Assembly: GCA_951406725.2 (NCBI GenBank)
Contig: OX597815.1
Location: 122,698,001 to 122,762,000 of the forward strand
Origin: Octopus vulgaris
Lineage: Eukaryota
Length of the DNA: 64,000 nt
Direction: 5' to 3'
Shown: positions 13,021 through 25,380 of the stretch, one piece after another
Position numbering within the stretch: position 1 is the first letter of the stretch
How the letters are laid out: each line of letters begins with the position of its first letter
Translations under genes and position numbers: made by a program
The notes under the pieces: model-generated
Database searches by the model: none
What the model was told of the DNA's origin: nothing
What the model saw: only the letters and a program-made list of their open reading frames with translations

Positions 13021-14299
13021 CTGTTAAAGAAAGAAACAGAAGCAATTTGTAAAGCAATTCAATACATTTATCAATTCAATATTGATTTTATTTTGCTAGA
13101 TCTTAACTCATTGAGAGCTTAGCTTTTGTTTGAGACATTATAAATCCAATATTAAAAAGCAAACTTAATTAGTAACTATACATTATAGAGATATAATTGG
13201 TGTTTTAGTGTAAACATTTTATTCCATGGAAAATGGTTAATCAACAGAATGAGGAGTTAAAGAGAGTAATGATAAGAGAAAAAAAAGAAAGAAAGAAGTA
13301 GAGGGAGTAAAGGAAGCAAAAGGTTAACAGAAAAAGAAAGGGAGGTAAAAAAAAGGGGATACAGAAAAAAAAAGGAGGTGGTATGAAATGCAACAAAATT
13401 AGTTGCATGAATCAAGTATTGATATGGAAAGAGAGAAATAAATATGCATTTATTTCATGGAAAGGCAATAAAAAATACAACTGAATAAAACAGAGTGAAG
13501 AGGAAATGTAGGTAATTAGATGAAAAAAGGGGAGACTTAAATTAGAGAGCAGGAGTGAAAATATAGGTAAGATATGAGGTGAATTAGTGGATAAGGAGTA
13601 AGCAGGACTGAAACATAGAAAGATGAGCGTTGAAAGGTATTAAGTAGACAATCTAATTAAATGTACAAGATGACAGAAGAATTGAGATGAGGGTTACTTG
13701 ATAAGTAAATTTGATAAAAATCAGAAACAAATATGCTGAAGTTGAAAGAAGATGACCAAAATATATAAACAAATAAATAATGAATAAGGAATAAAATGAG
13801 GTAAGAATGAACAGAAATAAAGATGGAGGTGAAGGGGTGCATGTTAAACTCAAGCAAATTCAAATAGACAATGAATAACAAAAATATTGATTGAAGAATA
13901 CAAAATGAGAGTTAAAACAATGTAATCCAGTACAACCAGACAGGACAGTACACAGCATAGTGGACAGAAGCAAATCATTTTAGTCTGTATTAGGGGCAAA
14001 TATATGCAAGAAGGGACACAACACTTCACTGGAATCCTATACTAATTCACATAAATACCTAAGAAAAGAATTTTTTTTAATGTACATTAGGATATATAGA
14101 GAAAGAGACTTTGTTATCAATTTTGTTGAGTTTCCAAAAGGAACAAAGAATATTGAAAATATTAAAAATAAAAAATTCTGCATGTATTGTGGTATATTCA
14201 GCATTAAGGGTAGAACAAAGTTTCTCAAAATAAATTAATTCTCATAACATTTCAATATCAGTTCATTTCTTGAATTCAAAAATATTATAGATGTTTAAA

Positions 14300-15760
14300 C
14301 TGAAATAAATTTTCTTGGCATAGCTGTACTCCATTCCTCAGAATATGGTTTGGTGAATTCTACCACTGACTACAGAATTTTAAAATTAGTCTTTTAGATG
14401 CTAAATGCATTGTGAGAGGGAAGTGTTGTTCCTTCTTTCTGGATGACTAAAGGAACATATATGTTGTGTGTATCTGACTTTAAATGTTCATACAGTTAAG
14501 CCTGTCCAGTTTGTTCTTTTTGATCTGCTAATTTCACTTTAGAACAATAACCAACTGTTTGCTAAGATATTTTCTGCAAAGAGGGCATAAGTCAATGTTG
14601 ATACAATTGAATTTAGATCGGTGAACCAGAGGGGTACAGCTGTAATGGTTTGCATAATTCTATTTGGTTTACATTAGAAATTAAATCCTAAATATATTTG
14701 TGCAACTGTAGGTCACTCAGAAAAAGCTTTTGCTTAAAATTTTGCAGTACCTGTGACTATCTGTGAAGTGCTTTTGTGCTAGATTTAAGAATGTTCTTGA
14801 AGTAGTAGTAATGATGCTAGGCTGAGCAGCATGTTAAACCAGATAAAATTACACTTCCAATGCTGTTTTGTTTTGCAACATGCTATATAGCATATAATCT
14901 TTTTGTTTACAAAGTTCTTCAAGACAATTGCAGGATGACTATTTGACTTATTAATGTATAATAATTTCTCATTAGGCTTCCTTTAGGGGTAATATTTTCC
15001 TGTACTTAGGTTTTATGTAATGTCTAAAGAGCAACATTTATACCTGTGTTAATAATATTTCTTTAACTAAATTCTTTAAATGCATTTATATGGTCTTTCC
15101 TAAAGTTTTCTGCTGGGCACTCGTATAGCATAAAATTAACAAGTAGTCATCTCTATAGCCTTAAAGAACTTGTCATAGAATTTATAGTAACTCATCAATC
15201 AATAAATTTTTAGTATCTCTAGATGAAAGAATTTTCAATTTGCACCCTATTACAATACACTGAAAGAGAGTGGTGTTCCTTGTAACAGATATCATACCAT
15301 TCAATACCTCACAACAAAATTGCACTGCAAACATGATATCCTGTTTAACTCCTCACTTACTCTAGAGATTGCTACTAACATGACCAGAGCATTCTTAAGT
15401 CAAGTACAGAAACATTTTCCTATTGATCACATGCTCCACAAGATTTTCAGCAGAAACTCTTTGAAAGTTAACTACAGCTACACAATTATTAATAAGAATT
15501 TAACTGTCAGTGGCAATGAAAGAAATTATAGAGAACATCACATTTCTCTGGTTCACATACCCCAGTACAATTTCATTGACTTATACCCTCTCACTAGTTG
15601 GTTACTGTACTAAAAAGTGAAGTTAGAAGACAAACATGATGTGCCTATATAGGATTAACTGAAGAAACATTTAAAACAGATATGAAAAACATACATAATC
15701 CATTCAGCATCCAATGTGAAGAAATGCTACTTCTCACAACACATCAATTTAAAATATGGA
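14300..15760. mobile_element. Penelope-like element relics in opposite orientations
   Basis: Plus strand 15320-15700: ILFNS...KHFP...LHKIFSRNSLKVNYS and YIGLTEETFK (GIY-YIG). Minus strand ~14300-15240: YRDD- and WFN...KHF-like relics. Confidence 0.6.
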
Positions 15761-16417
15761 AGCAAAACCAGTTTTAAAACTCTATAGTCAGTTGTGGAAT
15801 TTGCCAAATTACATTCTGGTGTGGATTAAGTACACAATAGTTAATATTGTTACTAGAATATATATAAATTTGAGGAAGGTTGTTTGACCATCATGCTGAA
15901 TATACCACAACCACAACTGGTAATTTTTTCAAATTTCCTGAACATTTCAAATTTCGTTAATTTTCTTATCCTTTGGGAAACACAGCTAAATTGATTTCAA
16001 AGACCACAAATATTAAAAAATGTTCCAAAGTATGTGAAAAACTTCAGAATTTCAGTACACTGCTGTATCATTTCTAGTGTATATTTTTCGTCCACTCAAT
16101 ACAGACTAAAATTACTTGTATCCATCCACAATTGACACTTATGTCATTATAGTATTTTTTATAGTATTATAGTATTTCACAATTTTATTCATTGTCTATT
16201 TGAATTTTGTTTCTAATTTTTAATGAAATTCATTTATCAAACAAGACATTTTTTACTGAAATTTAAACCTCCACCTCTGCCACCTTTCCATGATTTTCAT
16301 TACATCTTGCATTTTACAACACATACACACACATACATATATATGCATGTACATATGTATATAAATACATGTACGTACACATGCACATGCACACACACAC
16401 ACACACACACACACATT

Positions 16418-17296
16418 GGGTGTTCAGGCTAAATTTGACGATTTTTGCATTTTTTCAGGAGCAACTTGTATCAGTGAACAGTCAATGGTGTTGGATAGCA
16501 TAAATACTAAAGTTGTAGTTGAGAAAAAGTTGGGTGGCATGGAGTACTGGAAGCCACCTGGACATTGGAAATAGAGTTACCTGTATCATGAGGATTCACA
16601 CTGAGTATCAAAATGCCAATATCATGCTGCTCAATGCTCTGTGAACACTATAAAGGCTGTAAGACATGACATGGACAACTGCAACGGAGACTATGAAGCC
16701 ATGACCAACAGAAAGGGACACAGCAGGTATCCTGATGTGTACACAAGCTGAAATTCATCCAACAACTGAGCAACAGGGCCTTAGGCTCAATTCCAACATC
16801 TATGTGAAGCTACTGGAGACTGTTCAAATGCTGGCTGGAGGCATTTGCTGCTGGAAGGCCATATATGTAGCAGCAGGATTTGGCTCCTTGTCATATCTCT
16901 GAAAAGAGTCAGAGGTGGTTGTCAGAGAATTTCTATGACTTCACCAACCCCAGTTTCTGACCTCCTTGTTCTCCTGATTATAATCCCGTGGGATATGTAT
17001 GGGGCAAGTTGACAAAAACACCAAATGCTTTGTCTGCAACACAAGGGTCAAACGTGTGACCAAGATCAAGGAAGTGTTCAAAGATCTTCCTGGGCCCACA
17101 TTGAGGAATGCAAGTGCCAGGTTCTGGAGCTGTCTTAAAGCCATGGTGGAAACTGAAGGTGACTACTTTGAGTAAACCATTATCTCCCAGCTATCAATTA
17201 GTTTATATCTTTGATTATTTAAAATACTTTTAATTTTAGATGGGATATTGTTTTCTTTTCCTTTTATTCAAACTGTCATATGTAGCCTGAACCTGT
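16418..17296 (+). mobile_element. Decayed Tc1/mariner-superfamily element (left arm of fold-back)
   Basis: Terminal inverted motif GTTCAGGCTA.AT.TGAC at both ends; transposase relic QQDLAPCHISEKSQRWLSENFYDF...PPCSPDYNPVGYVWG at ~16870-17005. Confidence 0.8.
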
Positions 17297-17298
17297 AG

Positions 17299-19305
17299 AG
17301 TTTGCATAAAAGGAAAAGGAAACAATTTTCCATCTAAAATTAAAAGTATTTTAAATAATCAAAGATATAAACTAATTGATGGCTGGGAGATAATGGTTTA
17401 CTCAAAGTAGTCACCTTCAGTTTCCACCATGGCTTTAAGACAGCTCCAGAATCTGGCACTTGCATTCCTCAATGTGGGCCCAGAAAGATCTTTGAACACT
17501 TCCTTGATATTGGTCACCCGTTTGACCCTTGTGTTGCAGATAGAGCAGTTGGTGTTTTTGTCAACTTGCCCTATACATATCCCATGGAATTATAATCAGG
17601 TGAATAAGGAGGTCAGAAACTGGGGTTGGTGAAGTCATAGAAATTCTCTGACAACCATCTCTGACTCTTTTCAGAGATATGACAAAGAGCCAAATCCTGC
17701 TGCTACATATATGGCCTTCCAGCAGCAAATGCCTCCAGCCAGCATTTGAATACAGTCTCCAGTAGCTTCACATAGTCATTTGAATTGAGCCTAAGACCTT
17801 GTTGCTCAGTTGTTGGATGAATTCCAGCTTGTGTACACAGTCAGGATACCTGCTGTGTCCCTTTCTGTTGGTCATGGCTTCATAGTCTCCATTGCAGTTG
17901 TCCATGTCAAGTCTTACAGCCTTTATAGTGTTCACAGAGCATTGAGCAGCAGTCATGATATTGGCATTTTATACTCAGTGTGAATCTCTTATTATAAAAG
18001 GCAGATTTTATCTGCCTCCCTTTGTAACTTATAGAAATCTACAATATAGGATTTCTTCAATTACAATTTACCTAGCATTTTTAAGAGTAGAATGCATCGG
18101 GTCATGCCAGGTCCAATTTTTAAAATTTAAACTCCAATTAAGCAAAATTTACAGAAAACTCACATTCTGGTGTGTATGTCAAATGCTTTTCTTAGTCTGG
18201 TTTACAGCACACGCAAACGCACACACACAGTGTGCAACGAATAAAGTGAAACTAGATGTAATATTTGTTTCTGTCTATCACGCTGATAGATACATGAGTA
18301 AAATGTATGGGAAGCTAACAGATAAGAGTGAGTGAAAATGTTCTTGGAAGAGAGTAAATTAGCGACAGAGTGATTTGAGGAAGACTAAACTGAAAGTATG
18401 AAACAGTGTTTATGTATAAACAGACAACACTTATATAAACCCTTTCGTTACCAAACCACCCGAATTTACCTATTCATATTTAAATGAGAATATCAGAGTA
18501 AATCTCTTTAGTACATTCGTGAAAACACGTATTATACTTCGTAAACACTTCAAATACAGTTTTGTACAAAAATCGAAGTGTAATTTTAATTCCGTGAATT
18601 ATGGGAGATTTTTTTCCGAAATTTGTTCCTATTGTGTTTTCAAAATTTGTAATTCTGACAAAAAATGGATACGAATTTCATTATATCAAGCAGCGAGTCA
18701 GAATTTGAAGGATTTTCTACTGAAGACCTTCATAAATCTAACTCTATGACTGAAAAAAAAAAGCATCTTTATATAAGAGTGAAGTTGTGTGTCTGTCCCC
18801 TTCGATTTAGATTCGTAACTACTCCCACATTTTGCGGTGCAGTTTAACCAAAAGCGGGTATCTTATAGTCGTGATTCATATCGAGCCCCTCTGGGTATTA
18901 GCGCGCGTCTACGATGAGTCTACGATTTAAAAAAAATTTACCATCATATTTTTCCATTTTAATGCATTTTTTTCTCTTTTATATAAGGGAAGTAACTCTC
19001 TAAAAATATCTACGATGTGTCAACGATTTAAAAAAAAATTTACCTTAATTTTTTTTCAATTTTTAATGCATTTTTTTGCTATTTTTTGGCTATAACTCTC
19101 TAAAAATGCTTATATAGTTATTTCCCTTACAACCCGAGCAATGCCGGGCGATACTGCTAGTCCTCATGATACAGGTAACTCTATTTCCAATATCCAGGTC
19201 GCTTTCAGTCCTCCATGCCACCCAACTTTTTCTCAACTACATCTTTAATATCTATGCTCTTCAACACCATTGACTGTTCACCAATACCTCAAGCTGTTCC
19301 TGAAC
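17299..19305 (-). mobile_element. Inverted copy of the same Tc1/mariner relic (right arm), interrupted by a Helitron
   Basis: 17299-17984 plus 19161-19305 is the reverse complement of ~16455-17274; ORFs 16941-17144(-) and 17429-17632(+) differ at only 7 of 67 aa. Confidence 0.9.
17985..19160 (+). mobile_element. Non-autonomous Helitron
   Basis: Starts TC, ends CTAG; GC hairpin CCCGAGCAATGCCGGG at 19133-19148. Inserted between A and T with no TSD; the empty site TGTGAA|TCCTCATG is visible in the other fold-back arm. Confidence 0.9.
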
Positions 19306-19343
19306 AAAAGGAGACAAATATATATATATATATATACATATAT

Positions 19344-19392
<49 letters not shown>

Positions 19393-19497
19393 TATATATG
19401 TCAAAGGCATTCTGGTCAAAAGGTTGTAATAGTTAGCTTTGATAGTATTTTACACTAACAAATAAAATTTCAAAAGTGGAAAATAACTTCAACTCAC

Positions 19498-19692
19498 CTC
19501 ATTAGCATTTGAATGAAAAGCCACACTCTGCTCCAGAAGTTTCCCACGGAATTCAAGTTTGGCGTTAAGATCCTTCCAGGCCTCCCCTAAAGTCTCTGCC
19601 ATAGCAGCACAGACATCACGTTGGGATTCTCCTCTTTCGGTGACATTTGTATCAGCTTTTGCTAGCAATTGCTTGATTTCACCCTCCTTAGC
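19498..19692 (-). CDS. Exon 3, CCDC141/zormin-like
   Basis: tttag|GCT...GAG|gtgagt; 195 nt; contains AMAETLGEAW, identical to the recalled CCDC141 motif. Confidence 0.92.
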
Positions 19693-20499
19693 CTAAACAA
19701 AAAAAAAAAAGAAAAAGAAAATGCAATAGGAAACTTTAAATTTTTCAGAATTACACATAAATTAATGGAATTTATCAATTTAAGAAATATCAAAAAAAAT
19801 ATTTTCATCATTTTCAAAATCAATTGAAAGAACAGCAGTGTATTTCAACAGCAATATAATTTTGATTATATACTGTTTTATGTAATGACCTTGCAACCGG
19901 GCTAACTTACTACAGCGTTTCAGAGTGCATTGATGTATGCACATGGATGCATGTTTGAGGTATGAACATTCATGTATATGTTATAATGGTTGCTTGTGCA
20001 TGCACTTTCACCCCATCGTTTCTACTTTCTCCCTTTTTAGGTTGGTTTGTGTGTATTCATGAGAATATGTATGCTTGTAAATGTGTTTGCATACCAGCAA
20101 ATATGTTATACGAATAAGTATATGTGAGTGTGAATGTGTGTGTGTGAGCATGTGTCTGCTTATTCATGCATATATGTGTGTGTATATACACACATACTGT
20201 TGACATTTCATACATTCATATATATGAATACACACACACACATACATCTTGATTTCAAATTTTTGCACAAGGCCAGCAATTACAGAGAGGGAGTTAGTCG
20301 ATTGTATTGACTTCAGTATTCAACTGGTATTATTTTATCGACCCCCAAATGGATGAAAGGAAAAGTCAAAAAGAAATTCAAGCTAAGTTGAGTGCTAGCA
20401 TTAAACTCCGAGCTCAACATAGCCTCTGGATCAGTTTTCAAGCAACTGAATAGTTCTGAGCTAGAATCAATAAGTTAAATACTAAATTTAAACAGTTTG

Positions 20500-21270
20500 A
20501 TATTGATAACTATGAAGCACCTACTCAAGGAAGCCATTAGATTTCCTAATGCAATTACAAACAAAGTAAATATAGTAGGCAATATCTTCTATATGAGAAA
20601 AACAGAAGTCAAAGATGATACATTATGGATCATGGAATACTCCATTCAATATCAGTATGAGTGCAAACCAGTGCTAGTGAGAGAGCAGTCCATATTGAGA
20701 TGATTGACTCATGAGAGTAACCAACAGCTTGCTTAAAAAAATAGACTTTGTTAAGAAGGACTTCCACAAAGTTCTTTAGTGAACTAGATTTTATGATAAC
20801 GATTGAATCTAACCTGAACATAGTTAACTTTCTGGAAGTAACCATAAACCTAGAGAACAACTAATATTAGCTCTTTAGGAAGCTCAACAAGTCACTCCAC
20901 TATATTAATAAATTGTTTAAACACCCTATGTATATAACTAAATAGCTAATAAGAAATATCTCTCAGAATCTTAAAAATGTCAACTAATGAATAGATAACT
21001 ATGCCCCATATAACCCCAAGCCATAATAAGTAGTGAATTATCTGAGGATATCTCATGTATCAAGGAAGAAAACAATAGACTCTGCAAGAAGAATCAAGAA
21101 GAATGTAAATCAAGACATGTAACATCTGTTCTATATTTCAGAGATAGCAATACAAACCACTGAGGTAATCATTTCCCTTCCTTTACAAAACCTTCCCGAG
21201 AGAACATAAATACTAACATTTACTAAGAAACTATTCGGAGAGACACATGACAGCTCTTTCAAACAATTTC
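20500..21270 (+). mobile_element. Penelope-like RT relic
   Basis: FRKLNKSLHYINKLFKHP resembles the PLE YRKP...YI...SNHP motif; heavily decayed, boundaries approximate. Confidence 0.4.
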
Positions 21271-21329
21271 TGGGTGAACACTAGTGCATTATAACATTGA
21301 CTTCATGTGAGACAAGTTTTCACTCTTGT

Positions 21330-21830
21330 CTCAGTTATGAATTGAAAAGCTAGAATGTTTTCCTTCACCATAAACTGTAACAAGTTTGATAACATTTCTA
21401 CCATGAGCCCTTAGATGATTACCCAGCTTTGATTCTGTTTTAAATATTTTGTGACAAATGCAGCACAGAATTTGGTCCAGGAACCAAACCAACAACAGCT
21501 CCATATTCCTGCATTTTCCCAAAATGGAATTTCAGTCCAGCAGTAAAGAAGCACATCTTTGGACATAAAGGACAGCAGTGCTCTACTGGTATTGTTGGAG
21601 CCATTTGCTTGTCTCCTGATATATGGCTTTTTTATGGATGACAAATGTGAGTTTTTGAAAGTCTTATACAACAACAGACTGCATAAGTGAGATTATCTCT
21701 CTGAATGCTGTTCAGTGTAAGATGTTCTCAATGCACACTGCTAGTGTTTATATATAATAAACATCTTTTTTGTGATATCCCTAGAGATGCTTTCTGAGAA
21801 CTAATTTTTCATAAAATAATTGCTTTGGAA
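21330..21830 (-). mobile_element. RTE-like LINE 3' relic with C2H2 finger
   Basis: CCICHKIFKTESKLGNHLRAH at the end of a decayed frame. Confidence 0.45.
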
Positions 21831-22219
21831 GCTGGATATTAACAAAATGGATGACAAGGCTAACCTACAGCATATGGTACTGGATGACCTTTCATACTAA
21901 AAAAAACCCAACTTTTATCAGTATTTTTGTCTCATAACTAAAAGATTTCCAATTGCTGGACATATCTTGTAAAAATATCACAAGTATTTTGCAGTGATAA
22001 TGATACAGAACCCATGCATCACATAATCATAGCAGTAATATGAATAGTTGTCAACAAACAGTGTTCATTTCCAACCTTCCATGACAAACATGTCTGATAG
22101 CCTGATAATGAGAAAGTACTGGTAAGCTTAGAAACAGATGATGGCTGACAATGAATCCTGTCTGATCTAAGCTAGCATGTTAAAGGGGATTGTTAAGACA
22201 ACGATAATAATGATGTGTA

Positions 22220-22262
<43 letters not shown>

Positions 22263-22449
22263 GATACACAAACATGTATACATAAACATACATATGTATG
22301 CATATGAATACATATATATACACACACACATACACATGCACATATACACACACATATATGCACATAATTATACCCACACACATATGTATATACGTGCACA
22401 TATATATATATTGTCATCATGTACCATATGCCTGCAGCACTTTGATAAC

Positions 22450-22730
22450 AATACAACAAAGATTGTCTTGATTAAGTTCAAGTACTCCAGCTGCCTTACC
22501 ACTTATGTCTAACCAGCTTGTCATACTGTCCATCCATTGCATTCTTTGCCTGCCTCTTGACCTACTACCCTCTACTCTTCTTTCCATGATAATGTTACCA
22601 AGACCTCTGCTTTTTTTTAAATATGGCCGTAATAAATAAATAAACATACTAGTCACATTCTCTGATATCATATTCTTAAGTATAGCTCAAGTATCTCTGT
22701 GCATAACAGCTGGAAAGAGTTGTTTGTGAA
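22450..22730 (-). mobile_element. RTE LINE C-terminal relic
   Basis: IIMERRVEGSRSRGRQRMQWMD motif. Confidence 0.6.
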
Positions 22731-24199
22731 TGGGAATGTGATACACTAAAGATATACTATATATGGGTGTGGTATCAGACAATGTAACTAGCCTGACAGT
22801 GGTTACCATAGAATTCATAGAAAAAATAGGTTCCATGTAGTAGGGGAGGAAGGGTAGTATGTAGATTATTGTAAAGCAAGTGATAGTGAGTATAGAAAGA
22901 TAGTAGGGACTCACAACCTACATTATTAACACCAGAAGATATACAAATGCCTTGATGTGTGTTTCCTAACATTTCTATTCTTCATGGACTCCAAGTATGT
23001 TCCATATTTCAAGGAACCCCTAGATATAAATTATTACATAACTTTATCAATTGTTTTTCAGAAAGTTAAATTTCATTAGAGAATGACTAAATCATTAAAC
23101 TCTCTTTGAAAGGTTTTGAATCAAACCCAAAGATATTTCATCTGAACCAAGATCTTGTTTAAGACTAAATCTCTCAATAATTTCCTATGAAACGGTCATT
23201 TTTCCCATAAGGTTTCCTTAGTAGCTATGGTGGACAGGATTTCCCTACCTTAGGGAATTCACTGTCCATGTATTATGAACATAAGCTACTTTTAGTAAAA
23301 ACATAAACACAAATATGACTCAAAAATGCATTTTCACATAATTTACCTATTTATCACTTTTTTTGTTTTTGTTTTTGTTTTTAAGACCCCAAGGGGCCTT
23401 TCACAGAACCCTAGTAAATTCTTACAGAATTCTAGTGATTGCTTGTAGTATGCTATCAACATCTCATGGAACCCTTGCTACCTATTGTAATACATTGGTA
23501 TGTGTGAGGGCACCTTCAAGAGTTGGTGCTTAAAGTATAAATATACCTCTTAACATATTTGAAAAAGATTCAGCCTGATGTTATCAGTCTGCATATGGAA
23601 TATAAACAATGACAAATTTCATAGCACTGCTTACTGCACTTCAATAACATTTCAGTCTCTGCATTCAGAGACTTGTAAACATGCAGTATCACACTTTGTA
23701 CATGTGTCATACAAGATGCTCTTCACTCAGGGAGAGAAATCTTTGGTTGTAGAGATCCCCTAAGCTTTGTTCACCCCATCCTAACTCTGAGTACTAATCA
23801 CTGACAACGCATGCACACTCACCTCTTCTTTACTAATCTATATAGGGTGTAATTGTGTGTAGGAGGCCCAGTGCATTGTTATGCCCAGGAACCTATGATA
23901 TAGTTAAAATGGCCCTGGTTGGGTCACTTAAGTAATAGAAGCTGTTACCTTCTTCAATTGAGCCTTCTAGAGAGTTAAAGATTACCTTCATGAAATGAAT
24001 GCTATTACTGATAACTACTTAAAACATTGTTGTGGGGGGCATGTGTATGTGTGTGTGTGTGTGTGGGTGGGTGGGTGTGTGTGTGAGTGTGTGTATACAT
24101 GTCTATAAATTATCTTTGCAACTTTTACAATAAAATTGTGGAAGTTGTAAAGATAATTTATGAACACCCTCTGTGTGTGTGTGTGTGTGTGTGTGTACA

Positions 24200-24760
24200 C
24201 ACACATATGCATGTTTCTCATCTATATCAAACTGTTTTCCATTTCCCTAACTCTAAAGTGGGGTTACCCATCAGCTGTCTAGCAATCACACACTTTACTC
24301 TAGAACAGCAACATCACGTAAAATTCTATCAGTGTCCATGTGCAGAATTTTTTAAGGCTTCAATGTCCTGACAGCTAAAAACCAATATGAATAATTTATA
24401 CCACACTTCAACAATTTTAAGCATGCAAAAGTGCTTCTGAAGGTCAAGAGTAGCTACATTTGATTAAAACTGTGTAGAAAGGACTCATAATTTTGGAAAT
24501 ACATCATGGAATATCGTATGCAAGTCACCCAACAGTCTTACAGCTCTTGCAAATAAATTGAACCTTCTGGAATTCGTCCTCTGCTCATATATTTCCCCAA
24601 CATAAGCATCTCTAAAAGACATTTCAAGAGTAAGAAACTTTGACCTTTGAACTCTAATTCCTATTTTTAGTGCAACAGTGCTTTGCCTTTATGAATAATT
24701 GTGTAGCCCTTTAGAAATGTTCTCCACTCTTCAACAAGACTATTTATGTAAAGTGTAAAA
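24200..24760 (-). mobile_element. CR1-like LINE relic
   Basis: Decayed RT C-terminal-like sequence (DIEAL..., TLEL); boundaries approximate. Confidence 0.4.
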
Positions 24761-24769
24761 TCTTCCAAA

Positions 24770-25380
24770 ATTCCCCCTCCTAACTCCCTCCCTCCCTCTA
24801 TCTATCTATCTATCTATCTATCTAGCTGTCTGTCTGTCTGCCTATTTCTCTCTATGTATTTCTCTCTCTGTGTATTTCTCTATCTATCTATCTCCCTATC
24901 TGTCTTAACTGTTTACCTCTTTCTCTTTCTTACTCACTCTTTCTCTTTCTTACCCACTCTTTCTCTTTCAACCAATTACATTTTTCTCCCACTTTCTCTC
25001 TCTCTCACTCTTTCTCTCTCTCTCTCTCTCTCTATTGCTTTTTAACATGTTTGTATTTTTCTCACAACCTCACCATCCTCTCTTTCCCTTTTCTCACTTT
25101 AGTCCCTCATATTTTTTCTCTCTCTCTCACATTTTTTCCTATTTACCTTTTTCTTATCCCTTTTACACTCCCCCTCTCTCTTCCATTAACATTTTTCTGT
25201 CTCATTCTCTTAACATATTTTCTTTCCTTCACATTCCATTTTCTAATCCCTTTCACATCTTTTTTCTCACCTCCTTCTCCCTTCACTTCTTTCTTTCTCA
25301 TATTTCTCTTCTCCCATTTCTCCCATCCCCTCCCTCTTTTTCTCATATTTCTTCTATTTTTCTTACCATTTTCTTAGCCA
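24770..25380. repeat. Polypyrimidine low-complexity tract
   Basis: CT-rich for ~600 bp; a comparable GA-rich tract at ~13250-13920. Confidence 0.8.

Noticed and set aside
16941-17632. Duplicated 67-aa ORFs as a gene pair
   Set aside because: They are antisense frames of the decayed transposase in the two fold-back arms
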